Shown here piece after piece: positions 31,295-42,660 of a stretch of 64,000 bases of DNA. Made by a program: the position numbers and the translations under genes. The stretch comes from Gemmatimonadaceae bacterium (GTDB taxonomy: Bacteria; Gemmatimonadota; Gemmatimonadetes; Gemmatimonadales; Gemmatimonadaceae): NCBI GenBank assembly GCA_051859245.1, contig JBHYGA010000005.1, positions 64,001 through 128,000 of the forward strand, written 5' to 3'. Each line of letters begins with the position of its first letter. Positions within the stretch are counted from its first letter, which is position 1. The notes beneath the pieces are model-generated. The model searched no databases and had not been told where the DNA came from. It saw nothing but the letters and a program-made list of their open reading frames with translations.

Positions 31295-31351
31295 CAAACG
31301 CAGGGGGTGGGGCGACCCCCGCACCAAAAGCACAGGGGCGAGCCCCGCAGC

Positions 31352-31391
31352 CAAACGCAAACGGGCCCGACTCGCGAAGAATCGGGCCCGT
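31352..31391 (-). terminator. Probable gyrB terminator
   Basis: ACGGGCCCGA..TCGGGCCCGT hairpin followed on the - strand by TTGCGTTTG. Confidence 0.6.
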
Positions 31392-31413
31392 CGCGCCTAC
31401 GCAAACGCGCAAA

Positions 31414-33429
<2,016 letters not shown>

Positions 33430-33487
33430 TTACTGGTAACCCCGAAAAATAACCGGAAACAGGGCTGGACGCAACTTTGTACGGCTC

Positions 33488-33518
33488 TCGTAAGTGATTG
33501 CCAATCAACCACTTACGA
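33488..33518. promoter_or_regulatory. Palindromic site upstream of gyrB
   Basis: TCGTAAGTGATTG-CCAAT-CAACCACTTACGA (13-bp arms, 1 mismatch). Confidence 0.5.
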
Positions 33519-33541
33519 TTCGAGTTTTGGCCCTTGACGGA

Positions 33542-33847
33542 TCAGCGTTGTAGCACCAGTCGCAGCCGCGCGATCGGTGGACGCGAACCGTCGGCGTTCA
33601 GCGCTTTCAGAAGCTCTGGCTCCATGAGCGACAGCTCCGTCATCCAGCCGTTTGAGCGCACGGAAATCACCAAGGTGCCATCGCGCTGCAGGGCCACCGG
33701 TTCAGTCACCGCGGCGATCTGCGGGCCGACGAGCGCCGGCCACTCGGGGATCACGCGCGCCTGGGCCATGCGGTCGGTCAGGCCCGCGCGGTCGATCACC
33801 GATGCGAGGATATCGCTGAGTTTCGCGGGCTTGCGGGGGGAGGTCAT
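33542..33847 (-). CDS. dciA: DUF721/DciA-family protein
   Basis: WPALVGPQIAAVTEP...WMTELS; typical recF-DUF721-gyrB position. Confidence 0.85.
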   Translation of the reverse strand: MTSPRKPAKLSDILASVIDRAGLTDRMAQARVIPEWPALVGPQIAAVTEPVALQRDGTLVISVRSNGWMTELSLMEPELLKALNADGSRPPIARLRLVLQR

Positions 33848-33859
33848 GGCGCGACCTGC

Positions 33860-34136
33860 TGGTGCGGGTGGCGTATCTGGCTGAGGTTGGCGATGGGTGC
33901 GGCCTTTCGAAAATGCGAGGCCGAAAGGCCGAATGGCCATGGGCTCCCGCAACTGGGCCGAATGACCGAATCAGACAGCACGCCGCGACTGGCGACGGTG
34001 TTGCTTTTGCAGTTCCCGATTCGGTCATTTGGCCCCCGTGCGGGAGCCCATGGCCATTCGGCCATTCGGCCTCCCCGTTTCGAAAGCCCGCACAGAGACA
34101 CCCAACTCTCCCAATCGGTCTCCACCATCCGCACCA
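33860..34136. repeat. Long imperfect inverted repeat spanning the recF-dciA spacer
   Basis: Arms 33897-33972 and 34018-34093 with a 25-bp perfect core (GGCCGAATGGCCATGGGCTCCCGCA). Outer pairing TGGTGCGG/CCGCACCA. Confidence 0.9.
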
Positions 34137-35249
34137 TCACTCCAATACCCCCGCCCGCATCCCCTTCCGAGGCAACGCCGTAAACGCCGCCGGTATATCC
34201 TCTGCCCGCGGCACCACAATCACCACTTGCCCCACCCCAGTCACCGCCAGCAACGACAAAATCGCCGCCGCTCGCTTCGCATCCAACTCCGCGAATGGAT
34301 CATCCAGCAACAGCAACGGCGGCGCGCCCAGCACCGCGTGCACCGTGGCCGATTCACGCATGCGTAAGGCAATCGCGGCCGTGCGCTGCTGTCCCGCGGA
34401 CCCAAACGTGCGCAAGTCGCGACCACCAAGCTGCAGTTGCAGTTCATCACGATGCGGTCCAACCATTGTGACGCCGCGTCGTAACTCCTGTGCGCGCTGT
34501 GCCTCAAAGTGCGAGGCAATCATGGCCGGCAACTCATCGTCGCTGCACTCGGCCACGCCGCTGACGTACCGCAGTGTGCAGGGCAGCGATTCACCAATCG
34601 CGGCGCATAGCTCGGCGTATTCACGCGCGTGCTGATCGGCCCACGCACGCCGTGCGCTGATCAGTACCGCGCCATGTTCGCACATGGCCGGCTCCCACAC
34701 CGCCGCATTCGCCGCAGCGCTGGCGGTTGTGCGCCCGTGTCGCTGCAACTCACGCAGCGTGGCGTTTCGCCGCAGCAGCGCGGCGCGATACTGTTGCAAA
34801 CTGTTCAGATACGCGCGCGATGTGAGCGCCAGCGCCACGTCAAGAAAACGTCGACGTTCACCAGGCCCGCCCGACACGAGACTCACATCGCTGGGCGAAA
34901 AACACACGCTCGGCAGTGCGCCGAGGGCGTCGGACAATCGCGATTGCTCGACCCCGTCGAGTGTGGCGCGTTTGCGTTTGCTCGTGCGTTCAAATCCGAC
35001 ACTTGCGGCGTGCACGCGTGCTGGCGCGCCGAGTGTTGCACGCACGTGAAATCCAGCGGTCCCAAATCGCACCACGTCGGCGTCGCGCGCGCCACGCCAC
35101 GAGCGCAGCAACCGCAAATACGCAATGGCTTCGAGCAGGTTTGTTTTACCGTGCCCATTATCACCCACCACGGCGAGCCCCGCCGGATCTACGTCGAGAT
35201 CAAGTGCGGCGAGATTACGAAAATCGCGAATGGTGAGGTGTTCAAGCAT
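34137..35249 (-). CDS. recF: DNA replication/repair protein RecF
   Basis: GDNGHGKTNLLEA, ERRRFLD, GPHRDE, GSAGQQR and LLDD. Confidence 0.96.
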   Translation of the reverse strand: MLEHLTIRDFRNLAALDLDVDPAGLAVVGDNGHGKTNLLEAIAYLRLLRSWRGARDADVVRFGTAGFHVRATLGAPARVHAASVGFERTSKRKRATLDGVEQSRLSDALGALPSVCFSPSDVSLVSGGPGERRRFLDVALALTSRAYLNSLQQYRAALLRRNATLRELQRHGRTTASAAANAAVWEPAMCEHGAVLISARRAWADQHAREYAELCAAIGESLPCTLRYVSGVAECSDDELPAMIASHFEAQRAQELRRGVTMVGPHRDELQLQLGGRDLRTFGSAGQQRTAAIALRMRESATVHAVLGAPPLLLLDDPFAELDAKRAAAILSLLAVTGVGQVVIVVPRAEDIPAAFTALPRKGMRAGVLE

Positions 35250-35266
35250 GCGTGCGGCGCAACAAC

Positions 35267-36046
35267 TCAGCGGCCAGTAAACGTTGCGGTGCGCTTCTCC
35301 AGAAACGCTTGCATGCCTTCCTTCACATCCTGCGTAGCCGACATCACTCCAAACAAATCGCTCTCGGCGAGTGCGCCTTCTTCGAGTGTGCTATCGAGTC
35401 CGCGATTCACCGCATCAATGCAGCCGGCAATCGCCAGCGGTGCGTTCGCGAGCATCGCGTTCGCGAGGGCTTTGGCGCGTTCCATCAAGTCGGACGCGGG
35501 CACCAACTCGTCGGCCAGCCCCAGTCGATGCGCTTCGGTGGCATCAATCATGTCACCCGTGAGCAACAGCTTGAGGGCCGCGCCGCGACCGATCAATCGT
35601 GGCAAGCGCTGTGTACCGGCAAATCCTGGCACGATGCCGAGCTTTACTTCCGGCTGTCCAAACTTTGCCTTGTCGCTCGCGATGCGAACGTGACAGGACA
35701 TGGCCAGTTCACAGCCACCGCCCAACGCAAATCCGTTGACGACGGCGATCGTTGGCTTGGCGCTCGTTTCGAAGCGGCGGAACACGCGCTGTCCGGCACG
35801 CGCGCGCTGTTGCGCCTCGAGCGGGCTCTGACTCGCGAGCTCCGAGATGTCAGCACCCGCGACGAACGCGCGTCCAGCGCCCGTCAACAACACCACACCG
35901 ACATCGGCGCGTGTGTTGGCTTCGTCAATCGCCACACCCAGTTCCGCGATGGTCGCGTCGTTGAGTGCGTTCAGTTTGTCGGGCCGGTTCACGGTGATCG
36001 TGGCAATCCGGTCAGCAACGTCGAAAGTGAGATTGATGTAGGACAT
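35267..36046 (-). CDS. crt: Enoyl-CoA hydratase/crotonase
   Basis: NRPDKLNAL, AFVAGADI, ALGGGCELA and GQPEVKLG. Confidence 0.92.
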   Translation of the reverse strand: MSYINLTFDVADRIATITVNRPDKLNALNDATIAELGVAIDEANTRADVGVVLLTGAGRAFVAGADISELASQSPLEAQQRARAGQRVFRRFETSAKPTIAVVNGFALGGGCELAMSCHVRIASDKAKFGQPEVKLGIVPGFAGTQRLPRLIGRGAALKLLLTGDMIDATEAHRLGLADELVPASDLMERAKALANAMLANAPLAIAGCIDAVNRGLDSTLEEGALAESDLFGVMSATQDVKEGMQAFLEKRTATFTGR

Positions 36047-36170
36047 GTGGGCGAGGTTAGGTGAATCCGGAAATCTAGCGGCAGGGCCCAACGTGCGGCC
36101 GACGTGCTCCCGGAGCCAGGCACGACGTGGTGCAACGCGCCGCGACGCGCAACGGCGAGTAAGATACCGC

Positions 36171-37220
36171 ATGTCACAGAGTGCTCATTCATTGAATCCG
36201 CCGTTCGACACGGTGAGCTGGTCGGCCGATGGTCGCGCGCTGCGGCTGCTTGACCAGCGCTTGTTGCCTGGTGTTGAGCAGTATCTGGAAACGCGCGACG
36301 TGAACGCCACGGTGGAGGCGATTCGCACGCTCGCCGTGCGCGGAGCGCCGGCGATTGGTGTGGCGGCGGCTATGGGGCTGGTCGTGGCCGTGGAGCATGC
36401 GATGGAACACGCGCCTGGTGCGCCGCTGGCCGCACGACGCTCGCTGCCGCACCTTGCCGCCACGCTTGAGGCATCGCGCCCCACCGCGGTCAATCTGCGA
36501 TGGGCGCTGCAACGCATGCTGCGTGCGGCCGACGGCCTCTCCGACGAGGATCTTATGGTCGGACTTCGCGCCGAGGCTACGCGCATTCTCGATGAGGACC
36601 GTGCCATGTGTCTGGCAATTGGTGAGGCCGGCGCACCGTTCATCATGGAAGGGTCCGGCGTTCTCACGCATTGCAACGCCGGCGCGCTGGCGACGGCCGG
36701 CATTGGAACGGCGCTCGCGCCCATGTATGTGGCGCATGCGCGTGGCGTTTCGTTTCATGTTTTCGCCGACGAAACGCGTCCGCTGCTGCAAGGTGCACGG
36801 TTGACCAGCTGGGAACTGCAACGGGCCGGCATTTCGGTAACCGTGCAGCCCGATGGCGCCGCCGCGTCATTGCTGCGCGCTGGCGCCGTGCAGGCGGTCT
36901 TCGTTGGCGCGGATCGTATTGCCGCAAACGGTGATGTGGCGAACAAGGTGGGGACCTACCCACTGGCACTCGCGGCGCGCGCGCATGGCATCCCGTTTCA
37001 TGTGTGCGCGCCGTACAGCACGTTCGATGCGAACACGCCGACCGGACGCGATATTGAGATCGAACATCGTCATCGCGATGAGTTGGCGTTCGCGGGTGAA
37101 CGCGTAGTGTTGCCCGCACACGTACCCGTGCACAATCCGGCGTTCGATGTCACCCCACGCGAATTGATCACGCACTACATCACCGAGCGCGGCGTTGTCT
37201 CGCCGCCGTTTACCAACTGA
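36171..37220 (+). CDS. mtnA: S-methyl-5-thioribose-1-phosphate isomerase
   Basis: VRGAPAIG, RPTAVNL, THCNAG, ETRPLLQG, GADRI and NPAFD. Confidence 0.95.
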   Translation: MSQSAHSLNPPFDTVSWSADGRALRLLDQRLLPGVEQYLETRDVNATVEAIRTLAVRGAPAIGVAAAMGLVVAVEHAMEHAPGAPLAARRSLPHLAATLEASRPTAVNLRWALQRMLRAADGLSDEDLMVGLRAEATRILDEDRAMCLAIGEAGAPFIMEGSGVLTHCNAGALATAGIGTALAPMYVAHARGVSFHVFADETRPLLQGARLTSWELQRAGISVTVQPDGAAASLLRAGAVQAVFVGADRIAANGDVANKVGTYPLALAARAHGIPFHVCAPYSTFDANTPTGRDIEIEHRHRDELAFAGERVVLPAHVPVHNPAFDVTPRELITHYITERGVVSPPFTN

Positions 37221-37230
37221 GGACGCTGCG

Positions 37231-38703
37231 ATGCATGTGTTGGCGATCGATCAGGGGACAACTGGTTCCACGTGTCTGGTGCTGGCGGCCGATGGACGTA
37301 TTGTCGGGCGTGCCTACCGTGAAATCACGCAGCACTATCCGCAGCCAGGATGGGTAGAGCACGACGCGGTGGAGATTGCAACGCGCACCTTTGAAGCGGC
37401 GCGCGAAGCGATTGCGAATGCCGGTGTTGTGCCCAATGCGGTAGGCATCACGAATCAACGCGAAACAATTGTGCTGTGGGATCGCGCGACGGGTGAACCG
37501 GTGCACCGTGCGATTGTATGGCAGGATCGTCGCACGGCCGATCGTTGTCGAGCGCTCGACTCCAGTGCGGCGGATATTCAGAAACGCACCGGCCTCGTGA
37601 CCGATCCGTACTTCAGCGCCACCAAGCTGGAGTGGCTGCTTGGTCAGCCGAAACTCGCCGCACGTGCACAACGCGGAGAGTTGGCCGCGGGAACGATCGA
37701 TTCGTTTCTCATCTGGCACCTGACTGGTGGGTCGGTACACGCGACCGATCCAACCAATGCGTCGCGCACCATGTTGTACGACATCGAGAAGCGCGCCTGG
37801 AGTCCGGAGCTGCTCGAACTGTTTGGTGTGCCGGCGTCGTTGTTGCCCGATGTGCGTCGTTCAAGCGGATTTTTTGGTACCACCACAAAAGCGTCAATCG
37901 GCGCCGAGCTGCCGATTCTGGGCGTGGCTGGTGATCAGCAGGCGGCACTGTTCGGACAGGGCGGATGGCACGCCGGTGGTGGCAAGAACACGTACGGCAC
38001 CGGCGCGTTCCTGCTGCTCAATACGGGCCAGACTCGCCCCGAACCGGGCGACGGCTTGCTCACTACGATCGCCTGTGATGCGAGCGGCAACCCGACCTTC
38101 GCGCTCGAGGCCTCCATTTTTGTGGCGGGCGCGGCGGTGCAGTGGTTACGCGACGGACTCGGTATCATTGCCAACGCGTCGGAAACCGAGGCGATTGCGC
38201 GCTCCGTGGCCAGCACAGACGGCGTCTACTTTGTGCCAGCGCTGACCGGTCTCGGCGCGCCCGACTGGGAACCTCACGCGCGCGGGACAATCACCGGGCT
38301 TACCCGCGGTACCACATCGGCGCACCTGGTGCGCGCCGCCCTGGAAGCGATGGCCTTTGGAACGGTCGACGTGTTGTCATTGATGCGCGCCAAGGGACGT
38401 GTGCCTTTTGACCGGCTGCGCGTGGACGGCGGCGCCACCAGCAACGACTGGCTCATGCAGTTTCAGGCGGACGCACTCGGCGTGCCCGTGGAGCGTCCCG
38501 ACATTGTCGAGACCACGGCGCTCGGCGCGGCCGGGCTCGCCGGGATCGCCGGCGGCGTGTGGAAGGACGCCGAAGCGTTCATTAATGCGCGCCGATTCAC
38601 CCGGTTCGTGCCCGGTGACGGGACAGCGGCCGCGCAATCGGGACACGCCGGCTGGAGACGGGCGGTGCGGGCAACGCTTTCGTGGGCGCGGGACCGATCG
38701 TAA
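37231..38703 (+). CDS. glpK: Glycerol kinase
   Basis: IDQGTTG, ITNQRET, WQDRRT, GDQQAALFG, KNTYGTG and VDGG. Confidence 0.95.
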   Translation: MHVLAIDQGTTGSTCLVLAADGRIVGRAYREITQHYPQPGWVEHDAVEIATRTFEAAREAIANAGVVPNAVGITNQRETIVLWDRATGEPVHRAIVWQDRRTADRCRALDSSAADIQKRTGLVTDPYFSATKLEWLLGQPKLAARAQRGELAAGTIDSFLIWHLTGGSVHATDPTNASRTMLYDIEKRAWSPELLELFGVPASLLPDVRRSSGFFGTTTKASIGAELPILGVAGDQQAALFGQGGWHAGGGKNTYGTGAFLLLNTGQTRPEPGDGLLTTIACDASGNPTFALEASIFVAGAAVQWLRDGLGIIANASETEAIARSVASTDGVYFVPALTGLGAPDWEPHARGTITGLTRGTTSAHLVRAALEAMAFGTVDVLSLMRAKGRVPFDRLRVDGGATSNDWLMQFQADALGVPVERPDIVETTALGAAGLAGIAGGVWKDAEAFINARRFTRFVPGDGTAAAQSGHAGWRRAVRATLSWARDRS

Positions 38704-38859
38704 CGGGGCAGCCGAGTCGTTCGCGCCGAAATCGGTCACTCGACCCGTGACGTTCGAGGCGCACGGCACTATGTTCAGGAAAGGACCAGCCAAAGGAACT
38801 ACGCCGCAGGGTGAAGGTTTTACCTGTGGCTGGTAACGCACTAACTCGGGGCGGATCTC

Positions 38860-39309
38860 GTGAAAGCTCGCAGCAAGTTTCTGATCGGTGGACTGCTCGT
38901 TTTTGGAACGTCGGGCATTCTCATGGCCAGTTCAACCAAGGAAACAGCGCAGTACTTTCTCACGCCGACGGAACTGTCCGCGAAAGTTGCCGACAGTCCC
39001 AAGTTCGCGAAGGTGGGCGTGAAGGTTGGCGCGGCGGTCGTCAAAGGATCAGTTGTGCGCGATCCAGATGGTCGAAGTGTGACGTTCAGCATGACCGATA
39101 GCACGACCACATACAAAGTGACTTACCGCGGCCTGATCCCCGACACGTTCACCGACGAAGTGACGGTGGTCGTGGAAGGAAGATTGAACGAAGCCGGCGT
39201 TTTCGAAGCGACGGACCTGATTGCCAAGTGCGCGTCCCGCTACGAAAACGAGCCGGACAAGTATCCACAATCGCCGAGCTATCCCACGGGCACCAAGCCC
39301 GCTGCGTGA
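38860..39309 (+). CDS. ccmE: Heme chaperone CcmE (CxxxY variant)
   Basis: YFLTP, GLIPDTF, VVVEG and AKCASRY. Confidence 0.92.
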   Translation: MKARSKFLIGGLLVFGTSGILMASSTKETAQYFLTPTELSAKVADSPKFAKVGVKVGAAVVKGSVVRDPDGRSVTFSMTDSTTTYKVTYRGLIPDTFTDEVTVVVEGRLNEAGVFEATDLIAKCASRYENEPDKYPQSPSYPTGTKPAA

Positions 39310-39333
39310 GCCGCGGCGCTCACCCCTCCTGAT

Positions 39334-41367
39334 GTGATTCTCGTTGGCGAGTTGTCGCTCTGGGTCGCCATTCTGATGGCGGCCTGGACGACCACGGTCT
39401 CCTGGGCTGGCGGATATCAGCGCCGCTCCGACCTGGTCTTCAGTGGCGAACGGGCCATGTACGCCACGTTCGCGTTCACCACAGTCGCATCGATCGGCCT
39501 GTGGTACGCCCTCTTCACGCACGACTTCTCGCTGAAGTTCGTGTCGTCCTATACGAGTAGAAATCTGCCGTCGGTCTACCTGTTCTCCAGTTTCTGGGCG
39601 GGACAGGCGGGCTCGATGTTGTTCTGGACGTTGATCCTTGCCATGTACGGCGCGCTGGCGGTGTTCTTTAATCGCCATCGACTGCGCACGATGATGCCGT
39701 GGGTCACGGGGACAATGGGCTTGGTGACGTTATTCTTTCTGCTCACGACGGCATTCGGCGCCAATCCATTCGAGCGTCTTGATTGGGTGCCGGCCGACGG
39801 CCGTGGCATGAATCCGCAGTTGCAGAATCCGGGCATGGCGATTCATCCGCCCATGCTCTACTTCGGATATGTCGCGACCGCTGTGCCGTTTGCGTTCGCG
39901 ATCGGTGCACTGATCACGCGTCAGCTTGATGGTGAATGGTTGGCCGCGGTGCGTCGCTGGTCACTGCTCTCCTGGTTCTTCCTCACGATTGGCATCGTGC
40001 TCGGCATGTGGTGGGCGTACGTGGAACTCGGCTGGTCCGGCTACTGGGCCTGGGATGCCGTGGAAAACTCATCGCTGCTGCCCTGGTTGAGTGGTACCGC
40101 GTTCCTGCATTCCATCATGATTCAGGAAAAGCGCGGCATGCTGAAAAAGTGGAACGTGACGCTGGTTGTACTCACGTTCCTGCTGTCGATTCTGGGCACG
40201 TTCATTACGCGCAGCGGCGTGATTGAAAGCGTGCATGCCTTCGCGCAGTCGAGCGTGGGCTCGTGGTTCCTGTGGTTCCTGATTGGCTCAACGATTCTCA
40301 CCGCCGTGCTCGTGTCCACGCGACTCAAGGACATGGAAGCGAAGGCCGAGCTGGAGAGCATGGTGAGCCGCGAGGCCGCGTTCCTGTATAACAACCTGGT
40401 GCTCGTTGGTATCGCGTTTACCACGTTGTGGGGCACGCTTTTCCCGATTTTATCGGAATGGGTGCAGGACGAAAAAATCACCGTCGGGCCGCCGTTCTTT
40501 AACTCGGTGAACACGCCACTCGGTCTGCTGTTGCTCGCGCTCACCGGCATTGGCCCGCTGATCGCGTGGCGTCGTGCATCGAGTGCCAATCTCAAGCGTC
40601 AGTTCCTCGCTCCGTCCATTGTGGGTGTCACGGCGGTGGTCGTGCTGCTGGCGCTGGGCATGCGACACTTCTACGCCCTCGTGTTCTATGGCTTGGCCGC
40701 GTTTGTGGCCACCACGATCACGATGGAGTTTGTGAAGGGCATCGGTGCGCGTCGTCGCATGTATCAGGAGAACCTGGCCATGGCCAGTGTGCGACTCGTG
40801 GTGCGCAACCGTCGGCGTTACGGTGGCTACGTGGTGCACTTTGGCGTGGTGGTGATGTTTGCCGCGTTCGCCGGCTCGTACTTCAAGAAAGACTACGCCG
40901 AAGTGGATCTGAAAACGGGCGACACGTTCACCGCGACCGATCCGTGGGGCGATACGTGGACGTTTACGAGTGAGGGCATGAACTCATTCGAGACATTGAA
41001 TCGTCGCGTCACGGCGATCAGTCTGGTGGCCACGTACAACGGCAAGCCAATGGGTCGCATGCTGGCGGAAAAGCGTCAGCATTTTGACAGCAATCGGGCG
41101 GAAACGTTTGAGCCGTCCACTGAAGTCGCGATCATGGAAATGGCGCGACAGGATGTGTACGTGTTCTTCTCGGGACTGCGCGATGCGGAAACGGCCGTGC
41201 TCACGTTCAACTTCAACCCGCTCGTCATCTGGGTGTGGATTGGCGGATTCATCATGGCGTTCGGTGGTGTGATCGTGATGTGGCCGCAAGCGGAACGCCG
41301 CGAGCGCGGTTATGTGGCCGAACTGGCGCCGCAGCATGATGGGGCGCTGGTGGGAGCGGGCGCGTGA
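39334..41367 (+). CDS. ccmF: Heme lyase CcmF
   Basis: IHPPMLY, WWD domain WAYVELGWSGYWAWDAVEN, and SVHAF. Confidence 0.96.
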   Translation: MILVGELSLWVAILMAAWTTTVSWAGGYQRRSDLVFSGERAMYATFAFTTVASIGLWYALFTHDFSLKFVSSYTSRNLPSVYLFSSFWAGQAGSMLFWTLILAMYGALAVFFNRHRLRTMMPWVTGTMGLVTLFFLLTTAFGANPFERLDWVPADGRGMNPQLQNPGMAIHPPMLYFGYVATAVPFAFAIGALITRQLDGEWLAAVRRWSLLSWFFLTIGIVLGMWWAYVELGWSGYWAWDAVENSSLLPWLSGTAFLHSIMIQEKRGMLKKWNVTLVVLTFLLSILGTFITRSGVIESVHAFAQSSVGSWFLWFLIGSTILTAVLVSTRLKDMEAKAELESMVSREAAFLYNNLVLVGIAFTTLWGTLFPILSEWVQDEKITVGPPFFNSVNTPLGLLLLALTGIGPLIAWRRASSANLKRQFLAPSIVGVTAVVVLLALGMRHFYALVFYGLAAFVATTITMEFVKGIGARRRMYQENLAMASVRLVVRNRRRYGGYVVHFGVVVMFAAFAGSYFKKDYAEVDLKTGDTFTATDPWGDTWTFTSEGMNSFETLNRRVTAISLVATYNGKPMGRMLAEKRQHFDSNRAETFEPSTEVAIMEMARQDVYVFFSGLRDAETAVLTFNFNPLVIWVWIGGFIMAFGGVIVMWPQAERRERGYVAELAPQHDGALVGAGA

Positions 41368-41966
41368 GCATCGGTGTAACTCGGCGCGCGTTCTTTGTGC
41401 GATCCGCAGCGCTCGCGCCGGTGGTGTTGGCGGCGCCGGCGCTGTTGCGCGCGCAAAACGCAGCGACGGTGAACATGAACGGGGATTTTTACATTCCCGT
41501 TCGACCCGCGCCCAAGCCCAACGCGACGGCGCAGCTCGATGACGATGCGATCCAGGCGCTTGAGCGCACGCTGGCATGCCCGTGTCCGTGTACGCTCGAT
41601 GTGTACACGTGCCGTACCACTGACGTGTTGTGCACGAACTCACCGGCCATTCATCGCGATGTGGTGCGGATGGTGGAAGGCGGATATTCGGGTGACGAAA
41701 TCGTGTCGCAGCTGACCGGTGTGTACGGCCAGCGCATTCTCGCGTTGCCCAAAAAAGAAGGCTTCAATCTCGTTGGCTGGTTCTTTCCGTTCGTGGCCAT
41801 TGGCACTGGTGGATTGGCGATTGCCTATCTGCTGCGCACGTGGCGGCAGAACGCGGTGGCCGCCGCAGCGCTGGCCACCACAAGTGGCGTGCGCTCGATT
41901 GGCGTGCAGGCCACCGATGAAGAAATGGCGCGCCTGAACGCGGCGCTCCGCGACGACTCACGCTGA
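41364..41966 (+). CDS. ccmH: CcmH-like protein
   Basis: LACPCPC...C, YGQRILALP plus a TM helix; overlaps the ccmF stop. Confidence 0.75.
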   Translation: MSIGVTRRAFFVRSAALAPVVLAAPALLRAQNAATVNMNGDFYIPVRPAPKPNATAQLDDDAIQALERTLACPCPCTLDVYTCRTTDVLCTNSPAIHRDVVRMVEGGYSGDEIVSQLTGVYGQRILALPKKEGFNLVGWFFPFVAIGTGGLAIAYLLRTWRQNAVAAAALATTSGVRSIGVQATDEEMARLNAALRDDSR

Positions 41967-41976
41967 CTCGTGACCC

Positions 41977-42528
41977 ATGTTTGAGAGCGCTTCACTCCCG
42001 CTGATTCTCGGTACGCTGCTCGCCCTTGGCGCGCTGTCATACGTGTTGCTGCCGCTGCTGAATACAGCCGAGGAGACGGAGGCGGCGGTGTCGCGATCCG
42101 CAGCCAAGGGTGAGGCGCAAGCTGCGAACGTGGTGAAGGAAGACGGCATGGCTGTGGCCGCGCTGCGAGAGATTGAGTTTGATCGCGCGACGGGCAAACT
42201 GTCGGACAAGGACTACGAAGAACTCAAAGTCAAGTACACCAAAATGGCTTTGCTTGAGCTGCGTGAGCAGGACGACGCGAGTTATGTGCGTGCTGCGGCG
42301 CTGGACGGTGCAGCGGCCAACGAGGATCCAGTGGAAGCCGCAGTGCGCGCGGTGCAGGCGCGCCGTCCGAAATGTGGCACCTGCGGTCCGCGTCCCGAGA
42401 GTGATTCGGTGTACTGCTCGGGATGCGGCAGCTATTTGCCTGGCGCGTGCGGTTCGTGTGGCGCCACCGTCAAACTGCCGGGCGCGCGGTTCTGTGACAG
42501 CTGCGGCGGAGCGCTCGCGGCGGCGTAG
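41977..42528 (+). CDS. CcmI-like N-terminus plus double zinc ribbon
   Basis: TM helix, ALREIEFDRATGKLSDKDY, and four CxxC pairs. Confidence 0.75.
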   Translation: MFESASLPLILGTLLALGALSYVLLPLLNTAEETEAAVSRSAAKGEAQAANVVKEDGMAVAALREIEFDRATGKLSDKDYEELKVKYTKMALLELREQDDASYVRAAALDGAAANEDPVEAAVRAVQARRPKCGTCGPRPESDSVYCSGCGSYLPGACGSCGATVKLPGARFCDSCGGALAAA

Positions 42529-42660
42529 GTCCTGCCACGCTACGTTTCCATCCTGTTCTCGTTTGAGCCAACGCTTGAGTGCTCGCGGGATCGATAAAGA
42601 ATGAACGCAGAATCGCAGAGTAGCTGTGTTCCAAGCAGTTGCAGTTCCCCGCGCCCCAAA

